In this document: positions 13,009 to 24,266 of the stretch, piece by piece
How positions within the stretch are numbered: position 1 is the stretch's first letter
How the letters are laid out: every line of letters begins with the position of its first letter
NCBI RefSeq assembly: GCF_963921235.1
Contig: NC_086107.1
Span: 102,178,001-102,242,000, forward strand
Direction of reading: 5' to 3'
Length of the DNA stretch: 64,000 nt
Source: Mobula hypostoma
Taxonomy: Eukaryota
Notes under the pieces: generated by a model
What the model was told of the DNA's origin: nothing
The model's database searches: none
Seen by the model: the letters and a program-made list of their open reading frames with translations, nothing else
Made by a program: the position numbers and the translations under genes

Positions 13009-13148
13009 TAAACACGAGGAATTCTGCAGATGCTGGAAATTCAAGCAACACACATCAAAGTTGCTGGTGAACGCAGCAGGCCAGGCAGCATCTCTAGGAA
13101 GAGGTACAGTCGACGTTTCAGACCGAGACCCATTCGGCAGGACTGTCC
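13009..13148 (-). mobile_element. 140-bp non-coding PLE derivative beginning at a hammerhead motif
   Basis: Near-identical reverse complement of 10658-10789; perfect 14-bp TSD TAATATGAAAGGCA at 12995-13008 and 13149-13162. Confidence 0.88.
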
Positions 13149-13237
13149 TAATATGAAAGGCAATTACCCGATTCAGAGTTGCACAGCACCTTCGGCCCAA
13201 TTCGTCCATGCCAACTAACCACGGTGTCTATCTATCA

Positions 13238-13500
13238 CAAACACGAGAAAATCTGCAGATGCTAGAAATCCAAAGTTAAAAAAAAACACACACACACACC
13301 CTCTTCCTTCAGTTAGTCCTGATGAAGGGTCTCGGCCTGAAACGTCGACTGTACCTCTTCCTAGAGATGCTGCCTGGCCTGCTGCGTTCACCAGCAACTT
13401 TGATGTGTGTTACACACACACACAAAATGCTGGAGGAACTCGGCATGTCGGGCAGGATCCATGGAAAAGGGTAAACAGTCGACGTTTCGGGCCGAGACAC
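13238..13500. mobile_element. Minus-strand short PLE derivative interrupted at an (AC)n tract by a plus-strand derivative (about 13300-13411)
   Basis: aaacacgagaaaatctgcagatgct...(ac)n [insert matching 10650-10756] (ac)n aaaatgctggaggaactc...acagtcgacgtttcgggccgagac. Confidence 0.8.
13314..13351 (+). ncRNA. Minimal type I hammerhead ribozyme motif, fully intact core
   Basis: tagtc-CTGATGA-agggtctcggcct-GAAA-cg-TC-gactg; helix I tagtc/gactg; predicted cleavage after C13346. Confidence 0.75.
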
Positions 13501-14522
13501 CGAAGAACCAAGACGTCTGTCTACTTGATCTAATCCAATTTCCCGAGTTTCAACCTGTACCGTTCCTATCCATGTGTCTGTCTAAATGTATCTTAAAGTT
13601 GTGACTGTAACTAATGCACTACCCTTTTGTGTGAAAGCGCCAGGCATTTGACTTCTCCTGGTCGATATCTGGTCTGCTCTAGTCAACTAGTCTTCAATAA
13701 AGAGTCACGCTCTTCCATGACTGGTTCATCACAGATGGTAACTTGCAACAGACAACACCAATACTGAATCTGACCGAGAAAGTGATTGAGCAGAAGTTGT
13801 AGAATTTGATAGGTTGCAACACTGGTAGATTGCAACTTTCAAGGACTCTACAACTCATTATTTTCATGATTGCCTTCCTTTGCACATTGGTTGTTTGAGA
13901 GCCTTTGGGTGCAGTTTTTTTTTCCGTTCATTATGCAGTATTTCTTGGTTCTGCTATGAATGCCTGTTCAGGTCCATTTCTGAGGATATGGCTTAAGGTT
14001 GGCATCATAAGGGTTGATCATGTGCTGTCTTCCTTATACCAACCAGACCAATGTGACATGGTGTTGCTGAACAGTGGGCATTACAGCTGATGCTCTTGGT
14101 TAGGAAGATGCCAGGACAAACAGTCAGCTTGCTGATAAGGTAACTTTCTCTCCAATCAAAAAGAAGATCCTGGTGTTCTGAACCACATTTTGCTTCATCA
14201 ATTTCAGGGCTTTGGTTATACACTTTTGTAGAAAGAAAGAAAACCCTCAAACTGTTGAAAAGCAGAGTAGTCTTGGGAATGGGGGAGGCTAGTGCAACAG
14301 GCACCAAACATAAATATGCACTTACAACAATGAGGAAACTTCATTGGGACTTCAGGAGCTCGAGTGCCAAAGTACGGAAATTTTGCTGAAATTGCATAAC
14401 TTTAGTGCACACAAGTTTCATCTCTTCTAAATACATCATTAGATTTTTAAACAGAGGAAATAGCTAGCTCACAATCATGACTATTTTACAGCCTACAAAG
14501 GATGTTCTAAAATCTTGGAATA

Positions 14523-15047
14523 CACCCAGTGGCCACTTCATTATGTTCACCTGCTCGTTAATACAAATATCTAATCAGCCAATCAAGTGGCAGCAACTCA
14601 ATGCGTAAAAGCATGCAGACATGGTCAAGAGGTTCAGTTGTTGCTCAGACCAAACATCAGAATGGGGAAGAAATGTGATCTCAATGACTTTCACCGTGGA
14701 ATGATTGTTGGTGCCAGATGGGGTGGTTTGAGTATCTCAGAAACTGCTGATCTCCTGGGATTTTCACACACAACAGCCCCAAGAGTTTTTGAGAACGGTG
14801 CGGTAGAAAAAAAAATCAGTGACCAGCAGTTTTATGGGCTAAAATGCCCTGTTAATTAAAAACGTCAGAGAATGGCCAGACTGTTTCAAGCAGATAGGAA
14901 GGCGACATAACTCAAATAGCTAATCGTTACAACAGTGGTGTTCAGAAGAGCATTTCTGAATGCACATCATGTCGAACCTTGCAGTGGATGGGCTACAACA
15001 GCAAAAGACAGACCAGGTTCCGCTCCTATTAAAGTGGCCACCGAGTG
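14523..15047 (+). mobile_element. Non-autonomous Tc1-like deletion derivative
   Basis: TA flanks; TIRs cacccagtggccactt / aagtggccaccgagtg; transposase N-terminus MGKKCDLNDFHRGMIVGARWGGLSISETADLLGFSHTT. Confidence 0.85.
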
Positions 15048-15064
15048 TATATAGACTGAGGTAG

Positions 15065-15697
15065 AGTATAGAATCCTAGAAAACCTACAGCACAATACAG
15101 GCCCTTCGGTCCACAATGCTGTGCCAAACATGTACTTATTTAGAAATTACTTAAGGTTACCCATAGCCCTCTATTTTTCTAAGCACCATGTACCTATCCA
15201 GGAGTCTCTTAAAAGACCCTATCGTATCCGCCTCCACCACTATTACCGGCAGCCCATTCCACGCACTCACCACTCTCTGTGTATAAAAAAAAACTTACCC
15301 GTGACATCTCCTCAGTACCTACTTCCAAGCACCTTAAAACTGTGCCCTCTCATGTTAGCCATTTCAGCCCTGGGAAAAAGCCTCTGACTATCCGCACGAT
15401 CAATACCTCTCATTATCTTGTACACCTCTATCAAGTCACCTCTCATCCTCCGTCGCTCCAAAGAGAAAAGGCTGAGTTCACTCACCCTATTCTCATGAGA
15501 CATGCTCCCCAATCCAGGCATCATTCTTGTAAATCTCCTCTGCACCCTTTCTATAGTTTCCACACCCTTCCTGTAGTGAGGCGACCAGAACTGACCACAG
15601 TACTCCAAGTGGAGCCTGGTAACATTATCTCTCGGCTCTTAAACTCAATCCCACGGTTAATGAAGGCCAATGTACTGTGTGCCTTCTTAACAACATA
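15065..15697 (-). mobile_element. CR1 LINE 3' fragment
   Basis: EYCGQFWSPHYRKGVETIERVQRRFTRMMPG...LSLFSLERRRMRGDLIEVYKIMRG. Confidence 0.9.
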
Positions 15698-17699
15698 AAT
15701 ACTGGGAATAATCAATTTACAGAGAATTCCAGAGTTCCGATTTATAAATTTCAATAGTAAAAGGACACAGCTAATGAGAAATAAAAGATGATCGGCTGGC
15801 TACGTTTAGGCAATTTTTATTCCCCCCCCCCCCAGAGAATGGTATTCATGGGGCAGCAGGGGTGATCTCGGTTATAGGATAGATTACCTAACACAATGCG
15901 CGGTGATGCATTCTCCACTGGAGGGACGAAAGAATGGAAATTACGGATTTCCCCAAAACCAGCATCAGAAGACTATAATCACAGCTGCTGTTTTTTTTAA
16001 ATTATTGACAGGGGACGGGAAACTTGGAAACCGTTGTCGGCGATGTGGACTTTAGAAAAGGCATGCGCTGCTAAGGAAAGAGCTTTGAAAAGTAATGTGT
16101 CTGACGTGCAAGCTCTCTGAAGAAGCTGCAGAGTCGATATTGTGTTTATGCAAAGGCATCTGACACATAACCACTTGTTGGTAAAATTAAAGCCGATCTG
16201 CTTAAAGAGAAATTGGCAGCGTGGCAAAAAAAAACGTCAAAAAGAAGGCAAAATATAGCAGAGGACAATCTGAGATTTAATTATAGTTCTTCTATAAATA
16301 GCATTCTTGATTCGAGTTTGAAGGTTGCAGGTTCGAATCTCAATACCGAGATTTAAAATCGGGGTGATGATTCAGTGTGGCACTGAGAACAATACTTCCA
16401 AAGTCATCATCTAATGAATGAAATGTTTTTAAGTTTCTATTGCCACACATAGTCAGGTCTGCACCTTTACCTTTGTATCATTTACTTCATAATTTCTTTA
16501 ATTTGTTCCCTACCAAATGCAAAATTTGACATAGGGATTTCATACCTGTGCAAAACCGAATCTGCCAATTTGACCATTTCCTCCTACGCTATTGGCGGGA
16601 AGGGAGACGTGGACCGGTCAATCCACCACAAACGCTCAGCAGACATGAACGAGAAAACGAGGGAAAAGTTTAGTAGTAGACAGATTGCTGTTGCAGCAAA
16701 AAAAAATGGTGGTGGTGGTGGGGGTGGAGATCATGAGAGAACTTCGATCGTGAGGAATAGAAGCGTGAAGTACAGAAAGGAAAGAGAGATCCGGGTAAAC
16801 ACCGGGTCTTTGAAGATGAGGCTGAAAAAGTGTGAGATTAGTGGTGAGGAGTTAAAACGGGCGATCATGTGGCACTGGGAATCATTATGAACATTCCATG
16901 AATGTGGATAATGCTGGGATGAATTAGATACCGCCACCATCATGAGAGAATTGGCATCAAATAGACTGATAGGATTGAAGGTTGACCCAGATGTCTTGAT
17001 CCTGTGATCATTAAAAGATGTGTCAACTGGGATACTGGAAGCAACAGTTGTAATACTCCAATAATCCGTGGTAAAAATGAATGGCGGAGCAGATTTGTTG
17101 GGCAAATGGCCTAATTCTGCTCCCATTTCTTATACTCTTACTCCTTACTAACTGTTCAGATCTCATGTGAGCTTCAGTCTTTAAATTTATGGCCTGGAGA
17201 TGTATAAGACAACATAATTCACGCAGTCCTCACGGACACAATTAAAAGTACAGCACGGGTATTCTTGCAATACCTTTCATGTCCTTTTCAGACTTTTGCA
17301 GAATGTTTTAAGCTAGTGAAAGACCTTTGAAACACAAGACACTGTTGTAATAACAGCTACTGGGGACGCAACATGAAATTACAGAGAACATAGGGAAATG
17401 ACTGGATACAGGCTATCGCAGGTATCGAATGTTTGTTTTCACAGATGTCCATAACTGAAAAGCATGCAGAATTCACTCGAAATGATAACCAGAGCTCCAG
17501 TGTCTTCTGAATGAATGACATAAAAAAAAGACTGATAAGAACAATTGCTAAAACAGGAGAGAAAACTGTGGGGATGTATGTACGTGTGTTAGACTTTCGA
17601 ATATCATTAAGGGAACTCATTCATACGCGGTGGCGTCCATGAGTTGGAGTTTGTAACCTGCCCAGATTGGAAGTAACATCTCCGAGCTGACAATGAACA

Positions 17700-18570
17700 C
17701 GAACGCACCTCAAGGATGCGTGCTTAACCCTCTTCTCTACACCCGCAATCTTGTGGCTAGGCACAGCTCAAACGCCATCTGTGAATTTGCGACAACTCAG
17801 TTATCGGTGGCAGAATTTCAGATGTTGAGGCGGCGTACAGGAGCGTGATAGAGCGGCAGCTGGCTGGTTGAGGGGTATCGCAGCAACAGCCCTGCTCTCA
17901 ACGTCAGGAAGACCAAGGAAGAGATTGCGGAATTCAGCAAGAGCAAGTCGAGGGATCGATCACACGCCGGTCCTCATCGAGGGATTAGAAGTGGAAAAGG
18001 AGAGCAGTTTTTCAAGTTCCTGGCTATCAACATCTTTGAGGATCTATCTTGTGCCCAACATATTGACGAAGGCACGGCAACGGCTGCATTTCATCAGGGG
18101 TTTGAAGAGAATTGGTGTCACCAAAGTCACTCACAAATTCCCACAGACGTACAATGGAGAGCACTCTAACTGGGCACACGGATGGGACCACTTTACGGGG
18201 ATCGGAAAAAGCTGCAAAAAGCTGTTAAATTCAGCAAGCTCCAACACATACACTAGCCTCCCCATCACCCAGGACATCATCCAAAGGCAATGCCTCAAAG
18301 GCGGCACCCATCATTAAAGATCCCCATCACCCAGGAACACTAAGGTACTGATTGTATCACTAAGGTACAACGTCTCACTGACATTGAGAACGAAGTTGCT
18401 GCAGCGTCACCAATCATCAAGTTGTACCGTAAGGAACCCGCAGAGGCACACTCAGCGATTCAGGAACAGCCTTTCCTGAAGGGTCAATGAACCTATATTT
18501 CAGCTTTTACTGCTATGTATTGCAATGTATTGTCGCCGTAAAACAAATTTCACGATATACGCCGCTGATA
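17700..18570 (+). mobile_element. Decayed Rex1/Babar-like non-LTR retrotransposon 3' part
   Basis: PQGCVLNPLLYT at about 17708, KARQRLHFIRGLKR, IIKDPHHPG; frameshifted. Confidence 0.7.
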
Positions 18571-20339
18571 CTAAATCTTTCTCTGCTGCCCTGCATTGTC
18601 TTCGTTGAAGTTCAGAGAATAATATTGGCATTCCATGCTTTTGAAAAAATGAGGGCTCAGTTCATCATCTTATTTTATATTCTCCTTTGTGAAACATCAC
18701 ATCTGAACTGTTGCGCATGGTCAATCAAGACAGGGTTAAATACAAGCGCCAATGGCTGATGTAGTTTCGAATGAGGGAGGACATGTACCCTAACAGCGAG
18801 TTATAGAGGAGAAACTTTAACCACATGACGCTGCTGGGGTTTGTGATGCAGATAGCGCAGGAATATCCATCACAGGATATAAAACTAATATCTAACCAAA
18901 TGATAAACGTTCTCATGGGATATGCTCCAGCGATAATCGACAGTTGCGTGTTTCGGCAAATTACGAAGCAGTTTCTACTGGAAGGCAGATCCCAGATCAG
19001 TATCGCTGAGACCCGACTGCGATCGTAGAAAGCTTGCCAGCGAGTATCCATACCCGAAAATGAATACACGTGAAGGTTTCGACGTTCAAATACCCAGGAA
19101 GTTTTAATGAATTAAAATTACGTTTTAAAAAGTGAAACGTTTAAAAGATACATGCACACAGACTTGCACCAGGAACATAAATACCGGGAACACGCAGGAG
19201 GTCAGGCAGCATTTCTAGAAAGAGTAGCAGCATTGAACATCCCAGGATAAAGATAGTTCACCAGGAACTGGTGATTCTTCCCCCACCCCCCGTATGTTTT
19301 TATTTCAGGTTTCCCATTGTATGATTTTGAATTAAAGGACTACTCACCGTTTTCCTGTCAAACATTCCTAATGCATACTTAGGAAATCTAAGAGCTACAA
19401 AATCTGTGAACATCTGCTCTGCCCCACTGGAGGAGCTTACTAACAGAGTAGAAAGTGCTACTGCTGGCTTTTATTTATTTATTGAACCAGCCCTTTGAGC
19501 CACGCTGTCCAATTGTCCCCAAATTTAATACTAGCCTAATCACGGGACAATTTACAATTAACCTATAGTCTGGTCTGGCATTGCACTTCAGGGTGTACTT
19601 GGGATGCAAATGATTTGACTGAAGTTCAGGAACCCTGGTGGAAAATTTGTCCAACATCTTCTGGACCGAATGACTGATTACAGTTCTCAGGCGAGACCAA
19701 ACTACTGTATAAAACCAGTACCTCAATCACTTGAGAAGAAAGTTTCCCTAATAACCTTTTGCCAAAAAAAATCTTGCTGGCACCTGATTTCACCACAAGA
19801 CCTTTGACGTAAAAATATGCTCAAGCTCTTCTTGGGAAAACGAATCTTTTATCTGAACCAATATGACAGAAGATCAAAGCACTGCGAGTTCTACCACAAA
19901 CATGTAGGTCAACACTGACCTCTTTTACACCTTAATAATAGAATTCTGACTGAAATCAGTAGTCTGGTCACTTGTTAAGACAAATTAATGCAATATATAT
20001 AGATTTCAAACGCTTGGTATATCCTATGTATCAGCTAAATAATCGAAAGTACTGCCACGCGAAGGATAAACATAGCCCCAGAAACACACAAAACTTTCAT
20101 AAAATGTTTACGACGGCTAGGTTTGTATCTGGAAAGTACAATAAAGTACAAGTTCTTAGCTAGGACTATTGTTACACACAACCAGCGAACAAAGGAAATT
20201 AATGTGCGCACAAAAGGTTAGTTACCTAAAATAATGTAATTAAATTATACTTATTAAAAATAATCTTTTAGCTAAATGTTTCTGTTAACTAGTTAGTTGG
20301 TTTTTCAAATACCACAATACACGTCATCTCACCTTTCCT

Positions 20340-21119
20340 CTTCTGGGATCTGGGAGACAATGTTTCGTGGAGTGACGAAGTTAAAGTTTTGCTAAGCCAA
20401 CAACGTTAAGAAAACGTCACAGTAGATACAAGTTCGCTGTTGACTTTTATAAATAGTCTGTGTTCATTTAGAAGAAAGGTTTCCTGAAGATGTGGTACAA
20501 GAACGGTCAGCTTTTGATTTCTCCGCAATTGCAGATTGTCACTTCACATTTGACATGAAAAAGTTATTGCCTTATGCCTAAAACATCATGATTTTCTAGC
20601 TGAAAATACTGTAATAGTTAGACAGTTTAATGATTTCAAATTTTCCGTGCAAGAAAAAATTAAATCCAAACTGATTTCAAACTTTGCTCAAATGGTGGCA
20701 TTTGTACTTCAAAATGAACAGATTTGCGACCTTGCAGTTGATGGACATTAGGGGAACCTTGCTTGCGTCTAGTGCGGACTGTGAGCGAGGTTTTAGCCTA
20801 ATGAATCAACTCAAAAACAAGCTGAGAAACCGTTTAGGTGAATGTCATTTGGATATGTTAATGAGAATCAAAAGCTATCAATTGGATGGAAGTTCTATTA
20901 GTCTAGATAGAGTTTACAAAGAATGGGTAAATGCCAAAACAGAAAAGAGAAAAAATAACCGTGTGACTTAAATATGTATGTTATTTTGTTGTTATTCTGT
21001 GCAGTTTTATTTTGTAAACCTGCATAAACTGTGCCACGTGTGCATTCAGTGCGCACATACTTTTGTCACAAGAAAAAAAATTTGCGCACACTGAGTACTA
21101 AAAATTAGAGGGAACATTG
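20340..21119 (+). mobile_element. hAT DNA transposon 3' fragment
   Basis: Dimerisation-domain motif LASSADCERGFSLMNQLKNKLRNRLGECHLDMLMRI; terminal ttagagggaacattg looks like a hAT TIR; left end not located. Confidence 0.8.
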
Positions 21120-23410
21120 GCTGGGGCCATGACAAAATACATCAGAAACTCCTGTCTACCTGGCTGGTCACAGCAACAATACCATTGATATAAACTTCTT
21201 ATACTAGTAAAATGCTATCAGCTGTACAAGACTGACTGTCTAAAACATGGTGCAATGTTCTGGAAGCCATTATTGTTTCACATAAATGAATCATAAGGTT
21301 TTACAATACTGCAATCAGCCACAGAGAAGCAGTGATCAGCAGCATTAACAGGTTTTCAAGTGATAAAGGTAATGGCGTTCAAATCAAAGTTTGAAAGCAC
21401 AGCTCACTTCTTTTAATACCCTGACATGTGTGGAACAGCCCTCTAATCAGTCCCATCTTCCCTAAAGGTCTGTAGTTCTCTTTTGACAAATAGCTCTTCC
21501 TGTTGCGTATTCAGGCAACACTGGGATTCTATTTCCACAAGCTTGTGTGGTGCAATAAAATTATACCTCAATTTTATCATGAAAAATTCCAAGGGCACGC
21601 ACAACTCATCCTGGGATCAACATCAGAACCCCCACTGTACACACTGAATGAAAAGAGATCACAATCTCATCTTGTGGGGAAGAACATTGTTTGGTGAACA
21701 GTACAAGAACAAACTGTGCTTCTACACTGATGTTAAATTTTAAGATAGAATCATACATTACAGAGTTGGTTCATTTATATTACATGTTAAATAATACATA
21801 AACCAGAACAAGTTCTTCTCCATCAGTACAATCTTAAAAGACCTTTGTATCTGGAAGGTAGTTTTGTGCGTACACACACACTGTTGGTTTTGATGGGGTT
21901 GCACTCCTTTCCAAGGAATAGCCAACCTATATGACAATCCTGGTATTGAAAAGACTACAATTAGGCATTAGAAAATACTTTCCTATATATTCACAGAAGT
22001 ACAGAATTCAAATTTTCTACACAGATCTGTTTTGATACTTTTTCAGCAGCTACAATGGGGAAGAAATGTCATCATTAGGGTATTATGCTCTGCAAATCTT
22101 CACACTTCAACACTCCGCTGTTTGATTTCCTGGACAAAAAAAATAGTACAATAAAATAAAACTGACTTTTCAAAGAATCTCAGACAATATCCCAGGTCCT
22201 GTAATTGGTTCAGTATAATCTACAGGTGAGTGTTCATGATTTCAGGACAATTGGGGGAACAGGATGAAAACACAAAGCATTCAGACCAAATTTACTGCTG
22301 AATTATCACCAACAATGCTGTGACAATAGGACCTGTGAGATAGAAACCACACACAGACCAAAGATGTCCTATTCAATCCTGGTATTGTGCTGTGAGGCAT
22401 CAGTGCTCTGCTTTTTCCCACAAAGCACACATGTGGATTGGGTTAACTGGCCAGCGTAAATTGCGCTAGATCAAATTTTGGAATTAAAAAAATATAGGAT
22501 TAATGTAAAGAGGTGTTGGATGGCTGGCATGGATCAGTGGACTGAAGGACATGTTTCAAAGGATACAAGTCAATAGCAATTTTGAAAGAAAACAACATCG
22601 ATATCAAGTTTCTTTGATAATCACCAATTTAACAATGGATATCAGTTCAACCTGAACTGTTCCCCAACATTCTCCATCTTGCATTCCATAATCAACGCAC
22701 AAAAGGTGCTGCATTTATGCAGCGTCTCATCATGCCTTCATATATTTTTTAAAAATGAAGTTCACAACTAATGGCTTCATTTCTAAAAAAATCAGTGGCA
22801 CATATCAGAACCAAGAACAGCATATGGATGACTAACAGATCATGAATTTTTGATGATGTAGGCCAAGGGGGTGAATGTTGACCAGGGCACCAGTTTTCTC
22901 TTGAATCTTTTGTATTCTCCCAGCATAATTTTTCCTAAGACAGCATTTACAATGATGCAACAATACTCCCTACTGCACCATCTTGATTATATATTAGCTA
23001 CTTGGGATTTTAGTTCTCAGCATGACTCAAAGAAAATGGGCTATTAAGAGCTGTTTAATTTTTCTATCTGGTCCTCCTGCTGATGTTTTGAAGAATTTTT
23101 TAACTTAAAACTTTCAATTCAATTTTTTGCCCCTTAAACATGAATGGGATAAGTTGAAAATGAATATTCAAGTTATACCCACTCATGAAATAACTGGAAA
23201 ACTAAATTATGTCTCAATATTACTTTCAGGTGGAGCGAGGCCAGTTAGGGTGGTTATTATTAAAGTATTTCCATTCTCTGTTGCTATCCCCCAGCAATGA
23301 ATAATCTGTAAATCCTGACCACTGAAAGAAAATACAATTTTATGTCCTGAGAAGCACCAAAAATGTAGAGAGCATCCATTAAAAGCAGGCAGTGTCGCTG
23401 TTGCACACAG

Positions 23411-23416
23411 TTTATT
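23411..23416 (-). terminator. Probable EP300 polyadenylation signal
   Basis: AATAAA on - strand (ttgttgAATAAActgtgtgcaacag) about 850 nt after the stop codon. Confidence 0.65.
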
Positions 23417-24266
23417 CAACAATATGGTAAATAAGAAAGAAATCAATTTTAGCAGTCTATACAGTGATCCAAAGTTCATATTTATAAGTAATTATCAATA
23501 AATTGCATGATTTACACGTTTCTGGATAGGTTTTTTTCTCTTTTTCTGCTTGCCCATTTTCAAGTTTTACACAGAAGTCTGAAAGAGGAAAAACCAAGGG
23601 ATGTGTTCAATAAAATCAGCCACACAGTCTTTTTAAAGAATCATTCGATAGTCTCACCAAAAAATAAAATAAAAAGTAAAATGTCACCATTAAACTGAAA
23701 AACCCCACAATATTCTACATCCGCAGGACATTTGGCAGCTGCCAGTTTGTGCAATAGTCTTTCGTTCTACCTGTACAAATTATTAATACTTTGAAATTTC
23801 TGTTCAAACCCTTGTATAGAAATGAAAAAAAATTAAGGGAAGAAGGGGAATACACAAGAGGTATGATAATTCATTGCTGTCAAACAAAAACAGATGTATA
23901 CAGTAAGACAGGCTGTATTTTTTTCCCATGAAATGCTTTGCATTAATGGACAAATGTTTACAAGATTTTCTGAAGTTAGAAAATAAAAATATGACTTCAA
24001 CTCTCCTTTTCTTAAAAAAATGTAGGTATGGGCAACCTGCAATTGAAATAACAGAATAGGAAAACAAAAAAAGGACTGGCCATCGACCAGTGTTAACAAA
24101 AAATATATTCTTTGTATAATATCATCCCTCAGTTTTTTTTTCTCTCAATAAATTGCAGTTTGTTGAATTCTGGGACAATTGTCCTCCCTAGAAATTTCAA
24201 AATTGTTTTTTTTTCAGTACAAAAACCCTAAGTAAAGACGAAAAATGAGAATTTGCTCCCAAAATG

